Assembly (NCBI GenBank): GCA_036679605.1
Contig: JAZDCZ010000289.1
Location: 32,001 to 96,000 of the forward strand
Length of the DNA: 64,000 nucleotides
Direction: 5' to 3'
Source: Gemmatimonadota bacterium
Lineage (GTDB): Bacteria > Gemmatimonadota > Gemmatimonadetes > Gemmatimonadales > GWC2-71-9
Shown here: positions 31,548-40,432 of the stretch, in pieces
Layout: every line of letters begins with the position of its first letter
Numbering within the stretch: the stretch's first letter is position 1
The notes under the pieces: model-generated
Told to the model about the DNA's origin: nothing
Databases searched by the model: none
What the model saw: only the letters and a program-made list of their open reading frames with translations
Position numbers and translations under genes: made by a program

Positions 31548-32168
31548 ATGACTGTATCAGCGATAATGCGAACCACGCAAACGTTCTCCGATCGTGCTGA
31601 GGCCTTAGGGCACTTCTTCCAATGTGCTGGAGAAGCTCCGCGCTTCATAGCATACGATGAAGAGCTGGGATGTCCGCTGCACAATGCCTTGGCCGCTCTC
31701 GAGTGGACGTTGGCCGTAGGGATACTGCGTGATACCGACTTGGTTCATGCCGCACGGCTCAGCGGTGAGACAGCGGCCGCAATGGTCGAACGGCGCGTCG
31801 ATGGACGGCGGATATTTGTGTACATGGGACCGCGGATGGACGCCCCGCCAGCGGATCCGTACGAGGGATCGTTGTTATATGACGAGCCCGGTGTCAGGGC
31901 CTACGAGTTTGCTCAGCGAGTCCATGCCCTGGCTCACTTTCTCCGAGCAACCCAAGGAGTGGGTAGTGTTATCTCTTTCCTCTCACGACGGGCCCCCGAG
32001 TTAAAGCACGTGCGACGTTGGCTGAGCGTTCTGTTTCAGCCACCTGCTGAGAATGTGTCGAATGTCTTGCTTGCCGGCTGGTTCGCGACTAGCGGAGGTG
32101 GGGTAGTCTTCGCGCCCAAATCGGTCGGTGAGCCCTATGTATACGATGAAGTGGGAGTGGACAGCTAA
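31548..32168 (+). CDS. hypothetical protein with internal repeat
   Basis: 206 aa. F.DRAEALGHFF..AG and FAQRVHALAHFLRATQG repeats. Confidence 0.75.
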   Translation: MTVSAIMRTTQTFSDRAEALGHFFQCAGEAPRFIAYDEELGCPLHNALAALEWTLAVGILRDTDLVHAARLSGETAAAMVERRVDGRRIFVYMGPRMDAPPADPYEGSLLYDEPGVRAYEFAQRVHALAHFLRATQGVGSVISFLSRRAPELKHVRRWLSVLFQPPAENVSNVLLAGWFATSGGGVVFAPKSVGEPYVYDEVGVDS

Positions 32169-32311
32169 CGAGTTTTGTGGATTGGGTGGTTAAACCTTTT
32201 TTGCACAACTCCACATGGGCGTGGAAAGTGGTCGTAAGGTGTCCAGAGAGAGTTTGTTAGCATTCCACATTGACTGCACACGAACTGTGTCAGCCGAAGA
32301 AACATCGGCGC

Positions 32312-32339
32312 TTGCGCGGTTTTCGCAACTCCATAAATT
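32312..32339 (+). promoter_or_regulatory. putative sigma70 promoter of the structured RNA
   Basis: TTGCGC (32312-32317), 16-nt spacer, TAAATT (32334-32339), ending 8 nt before the first helix. Confidence 0.5.
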
Positions 32340-32345
32340 AGCTTG

Positions 32346-32774
32346 TGTAACTCAGGGGAAGGGTCGAGGCCCCGGCGTCGAGACTACGCCCTGAGTTAAC
32401 GCCCCCAGCGAGAATTCCGGGGAGGTTGCCGAAGCAAACAAGGGCTCAGGTGACCAACGATCCGGGTGAACACCTCGACTCGGGGCTGGCGAGACCAGTC
32501 GCGTGTCTTGCCCACGCTGATGTAGCGCCTCGGCGTGCAGTGTAAGGGGTCGGTCCGCGACTCGATCTGACTTGCAGCGCTCACACGGGTGAACCTTGCG
32601 GCTCGGCCAAGCTGCTTGGGAATGGAAGCCGGAGCTCCCGAAAGCCCTACCGCGGATTCATCAGTCCATGCGGTGGCTGAAGGGAAGAAGAACAGAGGGA
32701 GCAATTCCCCTGGCTCCGGGTAACCGGTGTGTAAGACGGCGGGTCACTGTTACGGTGCGCCCGCCGTCTTTTTT
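32346..32774 (+). ncRNA. putative ~430-nt structured non-coding RNA of unassigned family
   Basis: No credible ORF. Many helices, GNRA-capped hairpins, upstream promoter and an intrinsic terminator (see findings). Confidence 0.65.
32733..32774 (+). terminator. intrinsic terminator
   Basis: AAGACGGCGGG (32733-32743) / CCCGCCGTCTT (32760-32770) followed by a T run. Confidence 0.85.
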
Positions 32775-32863
32775 GTCCTATCTGAAAGTGTTCTGTTTTT
32801 TTTCGATCACGCCAGAGTGGAATCGGCCGTGTCTCGACGAGGGACATTCGCTACACTAACGTC

Positions 32864-33073
32864 ATGACCCCCTGGTTTCGCATGCCCGCCAAGAGAGAGG
32901 GGCTTCGTCGGGCAGCGCTTGATGATCTTCGCCACTCATTGGCCGCAATCCGCTGCGCTATCGAGCTTGCGGAGCAAGGACACGAAACTGGAGAGCGAGA
33001 GCAGCTACTTCTTAGGGTGGCGACGCGACAGCTCGTGAGTGCGGAAAGTACAGTTGACAAAGTGGCTAGGTGA
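32864..33073 (+). CDS. small hypothetical protein, HisKA-like helix pair
   Basis: 69 aa. LDDLRHSLAAIRCAIELA resembles an H-box helix. Confidence 0.4.
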   Translation: MTPWFRMPAKREGLRRAALDDLRHSLAAIRCAIELAEQGHETGEREQLLLRVATRQLVSAESTVDKVAR

Positions 33074-34553
33074 GCGGAGTTCTTTCCGCGTCACCCAAAT
33101 GCTGGAGGGAAATATCTCGTTCTGCAGCAGGAATCATTGTCATCTCCAGATTGCCTTTCGGCAACAGATGGACTACGGAGTTCGCGTAGTATTCGAGTAG
33201 CGGTCGCTGCGCTGGTTGGATGACGAAGTTCTCTCCCTCCCTCACTACCAGGCGACGCATCCGCAGGGTCAGCCATGCTCGATCCAAGATCACTTCTGCA
33301 GCCCTGTCTTTCTGGACCAGCTTTGCCCCAGTCAGCCTCAGGTGATCCCGGTATTGGTCCAGTAACTCTAGCAGTGCGTGCTTCTGAACGACCGTCGCGC
33401 CAAAGCTAAGAAGAGCCGCGGCCACAAGAGGTACCGGAGTAACCGGCATGATGTCGGCGATTCTGTCCATGACTCGGCCAGCCAACTGCTGGAGTTTCGG
33501 CAGTCTCTCTTCCCTTGGCAGTCGCAGAGCGTCAGGGTTTTGTGCAGTCCAGTTCTTCAAAGAAATGGGAGTGCCAAAGTTGACGGCTACACGGCCATAT
33601 CGCTTGAGGTTTCCAGTTAGGAGTCGGACAGTATTGAAAAACAGGTAGTGCAGAACGGTGGTCATTTGGCGCAGCCGCCCCGGTCGCTCGTGGTCCGGCA
33701 GCAGTTCCATGATGAGTGAGCGATCCTCCAGGACGCGGTCATAGTTGATGGCGACGGGCACCAACCAAATGTCTCCCGTAAAGTCGGGATCGAGAATAGT
33801 ACGGACGCTGTAATCGAGCAGACCCACTCTTGGCGGGCACATCATACCTGTTTTCGTGAGCCCGCCTTCGAGAAAAATTCCCTGGGTTACTCCGTGCTTT
33901 GTAATGAGCTGAACATAGCGTTCGAGTACGGTGTGATAGAGCGAGTCATGGAAGCCACGCCGTACGAAGTAAGCACCGAATGATTTGAACACATACTCGA
34001 GGGGCCAGACGCGTGCCCACTCACCCACTGCATAACTGATGCTAACCCCATGGGCAAGAACGTAGGCGGCCACGATGTAATCCGCGTTAGAGCGATGATT
34101 CATGAGGTAGAGCACGACGTCGTTGCGGGGCAACGTGTCAAGAGCTTTGCGATCCTGATACTCTGAACTCACTTGATATAGGAGTCGGATTACGGCGCGG
34201 GAGATGTTGTATCCGATTTTGTAGTAAGAGAGCACGTGAAAGAAGGGCACGATCTCGTCGATATAGTGTTCGACCCGCACACGAGCGTCCATCTCGCTCA
34301 CCCCACGCTCTCGGCAGTGTTCCTGCATGGCATCGCGGATCGCTCGGTCGATCATGAGTTTATCTCGAACGGTTCTCTTGCTTACCAGCTTGTAGCGATC
34401 GAGTCGCAGTTGAAATCGATGTACCGCACGCAAAATGGAGCGATTCAACCGGTTGATGATTGCTCTTCGGGTTGAGCGGATTGTCCAGAGCACCATGCCG
34501 CCGGCAAGCAGAATTGCCGTAGACAGTGCCACCAGAGAAACCAAACGAGTCAA
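33066..34553 (-). CDS. glycerol-3-phosphate acyltransferase-like (PlsB/PlsC family)
   Basis: NHRSNADY (HX4D), FGAYFVRR, IFLEGGLT, VPVAINYDRVLE. Confidence 0.9.
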   Translation of the reverse strand: MTRLVSLVALSTAILLAGGMVLWTIRSTRRAIINRLNRSILRAVHRFQLRLDRYKLVSKRTVRDKLMIDRAIRDAMQEHCRERGVSEMDARVRVEHYIDEIVPFFHVLSYYKIGYNISRAVIRLLYQVSSEYQDRKALDTLPRNDVVLYLMNHRSNADYIVAAYVLAHGVSISYAVGEWARVWPLEYVFKSFGAYFVRRGFHDSLYHTVLERYVQLITKHGVTQGIFLEGGLTKTGMMCPPRVGLLDYSVRTILDPDFTGDIWLVPVAINYDRVLEDRSLIMELLPDHERPGRLRQMTTVLHYLFFNTVRLLTGNLKRYGRVAVNFGTPISLKNWTAQNPDALRLPREERLPKLQQLAGRVMDRIADIMPVTPVPLVAAALLSFGATVVQKHALLELLDQYRDHLRLTGAKLVQKDRAAEVILDRAWLTLRMRRLVVREGENFVIQPAQRPLLEYYANSVVHLLPKGNLEMTMIPAAERDISLQHLGDAERTPLT

Positions 34554-35578
34554 ACTGGAGGCCGGGGGCCGGGCTTGTCATGACGGTACGCCATGCTCTT
34601 GAGACGTGCAATTCGGACGGCCATTGGCGGGTGTGTTGCCAAGAGGTTAGCCAACGCACCTTCCTTGTGAGTGAGCCTGCGGCCCAGTGGATCAGCGATG
34701 CAAAGATGTGCGCTTCCTCTCTTGATCGTCTTGGTGGCTCCGCTCACATCCTCGATCTTGCGAAGCGCGGTAGCTAGCGCTTCCGGGTTTCTAGTGAATT
34801 GGGCAGCTGTGGCGTCCGCCAGGAATTCCCTTTTTCGGCTGACTGCGAGTGCCAAGAGTCGGGATACTATGGGAGCGAGAATGACACTGATGATCCACAC
34901 AACCAAGAGGATGGCGATGAGCGCCCCTCCCCCCTTCTTTCCGCCCGAACTTTTTGAACTACGACCACGTCTGCCTGGACCACCGAACCTGAGGATGCGC
35001 GAAGTTCCGTCCGCCACCAGAGCCATGACACCGACCAATGCTGCGAGCAGCGTCATCAACTTTACATCGTGATTTCGAATGTGCGCCATCTCGTGTGCGA
35101 CCACTGATTGAAGCTCGTCTCTTTTAAGGAGTTTGAGCAAACCCTCCGTTACGGCGACGTGCGCGTGGTGTTCATCATGACCAGTTGCAAAGGCGTTGGG
35201 GTCTTGATCGGGAACGATCCATATGGTTGGTCGGGGAATTCCAGAGGCAATTGCCATCTCCTCGACTACGTTGACCAGAGTTTTCTCTTCCTGTTTCGAC
35301 GGTGTCAGAAGCTCCCACGCGCCCGTTGCCCAAAGGATTTGCTTTGGACCCCGCTTCCACGCGTGCCATGTCATGCCGGCGGCCAGCAAAGTGGCAGCGA
35401 TGCCGAAGAGCGGGATAACGTGGTGATAATCTTGCGGTGGTGCTTCGACGGTTGATAAGTAGAAAACAACATCACCCCCGAAACCGATCCACGCGAAGAA
35501 CAGCAGAAAGACAGTTACGAGGGTGGCAGATCGGCGTCGATTCGAAGCTTGCTGTTCGAATAGGTTTTCTTCACTCAC
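34550..35578 (-). CDS. htpX: M48 family Zn metalloprotease
   Basis: PNAFATG, HEMAH, SRKREFLADA, THPP. Adjacent to lemA. Confidence 0.9.
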   Translation of the reverse strand: MSEENLFEQQASNRRRSATLVTVFLLFFAWIGFGGDVVFYLSTVEAPPQDYHHVIPLFGIAATLLAAGMTWHAWKRGPKQILWATGAWELLTPSKQEEKTLVNVVEEMAIASGIPRPTIWIVPDQDPNAFATGHDEHHAHVAVTEGLLKLLKRDELQSVVAHEMAHIRNHDVKLMTLLAALVGVMALVADGTSRILRFGGPGRRGRSSKSSGGKKGGGALIAILLVVWIISVILAPIVSRLLALAVSRKREFLADATAAQFTRNPEALATALRKIEDVSGATKTIKRGSAHLCIADPLGRRLTHKEGALANLLATHPPMAVRIARLKSMAYRHDKPGPRPPV

Positions 35579-36167
35579 TGTTTCGCTTCATCGAAAGATC
35601 GACCTTGGGAACTTCGCGTGCTCTTTCGTCCGTTATTTCCCAAAGTTCCACGCACTCAGCATGCGCTACTCCGGCGATCAAGCTCCAAGGGAACTGCTGC
35701 TGCCGAACATTATACGTCGTTGCGGTATCGTTATAGAGCTGCCGTGCAAACGAGACACGGTTCTCTGTGGAGGTGAGTTCCTCCTGTAGTTGGGTCACAT
35801 TACCGGTGGCTTTGAGGTCTGGATATCTCTCGACGACCACGTTCAGGTGCGATAAGGCCGATGACAGGGCAGCCTCAGCAGCCGCCAGTTGTTTGACTCC
35901 AACACTGGGCGTGGCGCCGCTGCGGATTTCCACCGCTTGGTTCCGGGCCTGGATTACAGCTTCAAGTGTGTCTCGTTCGAACTCCATCGCTCCCTTGACG
36001 GCCTCTACCAGGTTGGGGATGAGATCATACCGTCGCTTCAGTTGCACGTCGATCTGTTTCCAAGCGTTCGCGGTTTGCCCCTTTAGGGCGATTAGTTTGT
36101 TGTAACCGGCTATTGCCCAGACCAGACCGATCGCCATAGCAGCAACAAACAATATGGTCACAAACAT
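35571..36167 (-). CDS. lemA: LemA family protein
   Basis: YNKL, AWKQIDVQLKRRYDLIPNLV, ERYPDLKA, LQEELTSTENRV. Confidence 0.95.
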   Translation of the reverse strand: MFVTILFVAAMAIGLVWAIAGYNKLIALKGQTANAWKQIDVQLKRRYDLIPNLVEAVKGAMEFERDTLEAVIQARNQAVEIRSGATPSVGVKQLAAAEAALSSALSHLNVVVERYPDLKATGNVTQLQEELTSTENRVSFARQLYNDTATTYNVRQQQFPWSLIAGVAHAECVELWEITDERAREVPKVDLSMKRNSE

Positions 36168-36215
36168 TTTTTGCGTCCTCGGTAAGTTATGGTCTAATTT
36201 TCGAAGCTGACAACA

Positions 36216-36857
36216 TTATTCCGTATGCTCTACCTGAGTAACCAAACGACTAATGGCGACCCTAACAGCATCTGCAATCTCATCGTCCTGATCCAACCGC
36301 ACCAACTCCCCCTCTTCGTCAACGTGAAGTTCAACCTCGTCTGTGATCCGTATCCTGCGCCAGATGGTTGGTGCGTTTTCGTTAGTATCTGGGTCTTGGG
36401 TCGACCGAAATGCGCGACCTGCCCTTCCTAGTGAAGGTTGCTCACGCCGCTTGATCGTAAGCTGATCGGGGGCGGGCAGGCTCGTCCCTAAAGCGGCCGC
36501 GACACGACGCTCCAAAATGTCTCCTGTTGTTTCGTCCAACTCCTTGGAGATGACCGTTAGAGTCGCGCCCTCCATCTGGCGCAGCTTGATCGTCAAGACT
36601 TGGAGTAGATGACGATAGGTGTAGACTGCAGCAGTGCCCCGCCCATCCGGACGCGCCACCAACCCCTGGGACACATAGAAGCGTATCGTGCGATCAGTGG
36701 GTCTGATGTTGGCAGCCGAGTTGGTCGGCCTTACCTCAGATGCTTCTAGTACTGCTGCGGATATTGTTGCCAGGTCACGGAGTCCGAACGGTGCCAACTG
36801 ACGGTATGCGCGGAGGTGTAAGAGAGCAGCCTCTGATGTCGCGCGAGCCGTAGTCAT
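36216..36857 (-). CDS. MerR-type HTH regulator
   Basis: RTIRFYVSQGLVARPDGRGTAAVYTYRHLLQVLTIK. Confidence 0.82.
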   Translation of the reverse strand: MTTARATSEAALLHLRAYRQLAPFGLRDLATISAAVLEASEVRPTNSAANIRPTDRTIRFYVSQGLVARPDGRGTAAVYTYRHLLQVLTIKLRQMEGATLTVISKELDETTGDILERRVAAALGTSLPAPDQLTIKRREQPSLGRAGRAFRSTQDPDTNENAPTIWRRIRITDEVELHVDEEGELVRLDQDDEIADAVRVAISRLVTQVEHTE

Positions 36858-37253
36858 CTAGCGTCCGTTTGCCTCCAGGGGGCCCTCGGACATGAGCGAC
36901 TCGATGAGATCCGCAATCTCGTTCATACCAAAGGGCTTGCGAATCGTTGGGAGATCATAAACGCTGAGCCACGCCTGATGGTCGTTGATCTCGACGTCGC
37001 TACTCATCACCACCACGCGGGATTTCAGGTGAGGCCAACGGCTGAGAATCAGTTGAAATAGTGTAGGACCAGACATGGTGGGCATGCGCAGATCCATTAG
37101 CACCAGATCGACGCTATGTTCTTTCAGGATCTCGCACGCTTCCTCACCGGATCCGGCCAGGAATACGGTGAACCCCCGGCGTTCAAGCGCGATTCCCAGC
37201 ACCTTTCTGACGGCTGCGTAATCGTCGACCACTAGAACAGCGCGATTGTTCAC
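36858..37253 (-). CDS. single-domain response regulator
   Basis: VLVVDD, DLVLMDLRMPTMSG, RKPF. Confidence 0.92.
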   Translation of the reverse strand: MNNRAVLVVDDYAAVRKVLGIALERRGFTVFLAGSGEEACEILKEHSVDLVLMDLRMPTMSGPTLFQLILSRWPHLKSRVVVMSSDVEINDHQAWLSVYDLPTIRKPFGMNEIADLIESLMSEGPLEANGR

Positions 37254-38050
37254 GATGCGTTCGCCATCTCCGCCGTCCGCTTGGCGAAAAACTGCTTGCG
37301 CACCACCTCAATGACTTCGGCAGAATCGAACAGCACCCGCAACTCCTTTGGGGTCACTCCAAAGACCTCTCTTACCTTCTGGGCGAAGGTTCGCGTCTGA
37401 GCATAGCCGAGTTTTCTTGCCACGTCTTCCACAGTATAACCAGGGTCTTGCAACAATCTGTGGCCATACACCACCCGCAAGACCGTTAAAACCACGCTTG
37501 GCGTTGGGAGATTGGCCCGCGCAAACCACCTGAGACAGGTACGTCGGTCCATGCGCGCCCGGATCGCTAGGTCCTGTACCGTCTGAACCTTTCCGGGTTC
37601 GCGGATAATCGTCTCGATCGCCCACTTCAGCTGCGCTGGACATTCGGAGAGGAGATCGCTGATGGACGAGATCATCCTGTGCGAGACGCCCTCAGCAGCA
37701 GCCTGGACTAGAAGATCGCCGAGCCTTGCGGGGTGATCGTCATGCTGGGCAATCACGACCTCCCGGATTCCTGCTTCTCCAAGTCTCAGCAGCACCGAAG
37801 CCATGGCGGGGGTGAGATGTGTGTACACGACGAGAGGTAGTGATGGGAAGAAAACCCGAAACCGCTCAATTTCCTTTGTAGTGGGTTCTCCCTCCAAGGC
37901 TGGGTCCACCACGGCCGCCTCTAGTGGCTCCCGCAGGATTGTATTGAGCGCCCCTTTCCAATCGTCTACCGGGAGGAAAGTAAACCGATGCCGCCCGGCC
38001 CGCGTGAGCTGAGCAAGCCTTGATCTCGAAACTGCCGCCAAAATCAGCAC
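37250..38050 (-). CDS. AraC-family regulator with degenerate receiver-like N-terminus
   Basis: C-terminal TVEDVARKLGYAQTRTF...FGVTPKELR. N-terminal AAVVDP...LPLVVYT. Confidence 0.85.
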   Translation of the reverse strand: MLILAAVSRSRLAQLTRAGRHRFTFLPVDDWKGALNTILREPLEAAVVDPALEGEPTTKEIERFRVFFPSLPLVVYTHLTPAMASVLLRLGEAGIREVVIAQHDDHPARLGDLLVQAAAEGVSHRMISSISDLLSECPAQLKWAIETIIREPGKVQTVQDLAIRARMDRRTCLRWFARANLPTPSVVLTVLRVVYGHRLLQDPGYTVEDVARKLGYAQTRTFAQKVREVFGVTPKELRVLFDSAEVIEVVRKQFFAKRTAEMANAS

Positions 38051-38205
38051 GAATGTCCCAATAACGACCTATAAAGTCCCAAAAACGCCCTATCGGGAAC
38101 ACTACTCCGCATCAAACTTGAATTGGTCATCTGAAGACAGTCTCCCATTCCAAACCATATGGAGGGCACCATGTCCCGCACTACTCGCCTATTAGCAATC
38201 GCCAT
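38044..38205 (-). CDS. putative small peptide (53 aa)
   Basis: AAAGGAG RBS before ATG 38205. The stop overlaps the AraC start (GTGCTGA). Confidence 0.4.
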   Translation of the reverse strand: MAIANRRVVRDMVPSIWFGMGDCLQMTNSSLMRSSVPDRAFLGLYRSLLGHSC

Positions 38206-38352
38206 CCTCAGCTCCTTTGCTCTCAGCGCAGCGGCTTGCAGCGATCCCGCGGCCCCGCGCAACGACTGCACGGACGTTCCGGGACAGCCTTGCATATCGC
38301 AGAGCATCCAGAACTCGGGCATCTAGGAAGGCTCGTCCGCGTTTCAGGAAGA

Positions 38353-39726
38353 TCACATGGCCTCAAGAGCCTGTAGCTCTTGAATGGCCGTGTGTAATTC
38401 CGGTAGGGCAGTTTCCGAAGTCGGGGGTACCGCGCTCGCAACTTTGCAGGCGCGGCGCTCCCGCACGCAGCCCAATGCATCCTCGATTCGGAATAGTCTT
38501 TCCCCGAGCCCATAGCGCTCGGCCAGCTCGATTGCATGGACTAGGTGCTTCTCGGCCCTGGCATGGACGCCGAATTGCGAGAGCCCAGTTCCTACCTTGA
38601 ACTCGAAATCGACTTGCTCGTCCGGCGGAAGGGAGTCCAGATGGTTGCTAACCTCCTTTCGCCACCTTTCAAAGGAGATTCGATCCACGATCACTGAACT
38701 CACTTCAAGCATTTCTAGTGCGGTTCGTACACGCACTTGAAGAGGAGGGTCCCCGGAGAGAACCAGCTCAAACGCATGCTCTGCCGCAGCGTAGTATCCC
38801 AGTTCCTTGAGCAACACACCGGTGTCGCTCAACGCCCGTGCCCGGCTGATCGGAGCTTCGTACAATTGAAAAGCTCGGAAGATCAGGGGTATAGCCTCCT
38901 GAGTCCGTTTCATCAAGTGCAGCGCGACCCCTAGGTCCTGACAGCCGTGTGCCTCGGCGACCACGTCACCTTCCCGCAAGGAGTCCGCAACCACTTGTCG
39001 TAGGGCACGTTCAGATTCCGGAAGGTTGCCCGTTTTCTGCATAACGACGGCGCGGCCGATTCGGGAGCGTCTTTCTGAGTGGGAGTCTCCCATGCGTTCC
39101 GCCATCTGCCCGCCGAGCGAGTATGCCTCGGTCGCCATCGTGCAAAGGCCACTGAGTCGGAGCACCCGCCCTTTTTGTAGGAGTGCCGCTACCTCCTCTT
39201 CCCCGTCCCCTCCATCGCTCAGATGTAGCGTCGTGTCGAGTACGTCCAGAGCTTCGTCCAGACGGAGATCGTCCTCCAGCAAGTACGCGAACGCCAGGAG
39301 AGGCGAAAAGAGGAGATGTGGGTCGTCCTCCTTCAGGGCTGTGTCAGCCAAGTGTACTATCTCGCGAAGGTTCTTCACCTCGGACGTCTGTGGATGGAGG
39401 TCACGGAGAAACTCAGCTGTTGCCTTTATCTGGTAGGCGGTCGCTTCGATGCTGAAGTGCTCGTGCGGAGCAGCAAACTGATCGACCAGCCGAAGCGTTA
39501 GGAACGCGCCGAGACAGTGCTGTCCCGATCCCTGCCCCTGCCCTTGTGCGTTCCCGGCTCGCTCCAGGAACGGTTGGTGAAAATTGGAGTGCCGGGGCGA
39601 CGTCGCCCGATAGGATTCTAGGTAAGAAGTCACGTCAAGATTCCCCTTTAGAGCTGTTTCTGAGGTCTTAGCAAGTATGGCGCCAGAAGGGTGCTGCTGC
39701 AAGACCGCGTTTTTCTGTACCCCCAT
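38353..39726 (-). CDS. TPR-repeat protein
   Basis: Helical repeats (KGRVLRLSG, GRAVVMQKTGNLPES, LGVALHLMKR, TGVLLKELGYY). No signal peptide. Start uncertain. Confidence 0.82.
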   Translation of the reverse strand: MGVQKNAVLQQHPSGAILAKTSETALKGNLDVTSYLESYRATSPRHSNFHQPFLERAGNAQGQGQGSGQHCLGAFLTLRLVDQFAAPHEHFSIEATAYQIKATAEFLRDLHPQTSEVKNLREIVHLADTALKEDDPHLLFSPLLAFAYLLEDDLRLDEALDVLDTTLHLSDGGDGEEEVAALLQKGRVLRLSGLCTMATEAYSLGGQMAERMGDSHSERRSRIGRAVVMQKTGNLPESERALRQVVADSLREGDVVAEAHGCQDLGVALHLMKRTQEAIPLIFRAFQLYEAPISRARALSDTGVLLKELGYYAAAEHAFELVLSGDPPLQVRVRTALEMLEVSSVIVDRISFERWRKEVSNHLDSLPPDEQVDFEFKVGTGLSQFGVHARAEKHLVHAIELAERYGLGERLFRIEDALGCVRERRACKVASAVPPTSETALPELHTAIQELQALEAM

Positions 39727-39776
39727 GCATTGGAAAGTGTCTGCGCAGCGGTGCCTTGCACCATAACCTTTGCGGT

Positions 39777-40202
39777 ATGCAACGCGGCGTTACGTTGATC
39801 GAAATGATAGTAGTCATCGCCCTCATCGGTGTGACTGGTCTGGGCTTGCCCAGGTTCTTGCGATGGGCCGACAGGCTTGCGGTCATCAGAGCCACTCAGG
39901 ATATCGAGAGTTTTTATGCCCGAGCCCGGTTCTCGGCCGTCTATCACAATAGCCGAGTGCGCATTGTCTTTCATCAAGACTCCCTCACAGTCACCGCCGA
40001 GGGCGATCAAGATTCGATACTACTGCGCCGAATCGGACCTCGCGGGCGCAGAGTTCAACTGGAGGCTTCGAGGGAGGTGATCAGGCTTTACCCCAACGGT
40101 CTTGGGTTGGGTGGCGCCAACACCAAGCTCGTTCTCAGGCGCGGGGCAGCAGCCGAATCCCTCACGATCTCCCGGCTCGGACGGCTCAAGAGGTGGCCCT
40201 AG
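39777..40202 (+). CDS. prepilin-type (FimT/GspH-like) minor pilin
   Basis: MQRG|VTLIEMIVVIALIG class III signal. C-terminal ISRLGRLK. Confidence 0.88.
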   Translation: MQRGVTLIEMIVVIALIGVTGLGLPRFLRWADRLAVIRATQDIESFYARARFSAVYHNSRVRIVFHQDSLTVTAEGDQDSILLRRIGPRGRRVQLEASREVIRLYPNGLGLGGANTKLVLRRGAAAESLTISRLGRLKRWP

Positions 40203-40321
40203 CAAATCCGCCGGGAACCAATCTAGGGAGTGCCTTGTTAACCCTCATGAGCGCAATCGCGCTCTCTACAAGACAAGCCTGGTCGCGTGTGACGTTTGAC
40301 GGCGGCGTCGCCCGGCCATCC

Positions 40322-40355
40322 AGCCCGGGGCCTTTGGCCCCGGGCTTCCTCTTTT
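40322..40355 (+). terminator. intrinsic terminator-like hairpin between convergent genes
   Basis: Perfect 11-bp stem AGCCCGGGGCC-TTT-GGCCCCGGGCT followed by TCCTCTTTT. Confidence 0.65.
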
Positions 40356-40432
40356 AGGGCCTGCGACATCCGCACCTTCCCTTGGGATGTGTCCGGGCTC
40401 CACCAAGTCGATCAACTGACCGTAGATTCGAC

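Noticed and set aside
32346..32774. Assignment of the structured RNA as RNase P, tmRNA, SRP or 6S, or of ORFs 32396-32704 and 32596-32859 as genes
   Set aside because: Diagnostic motifs were not found on either strand. The ORFs lack an RBS and protein-like composition.
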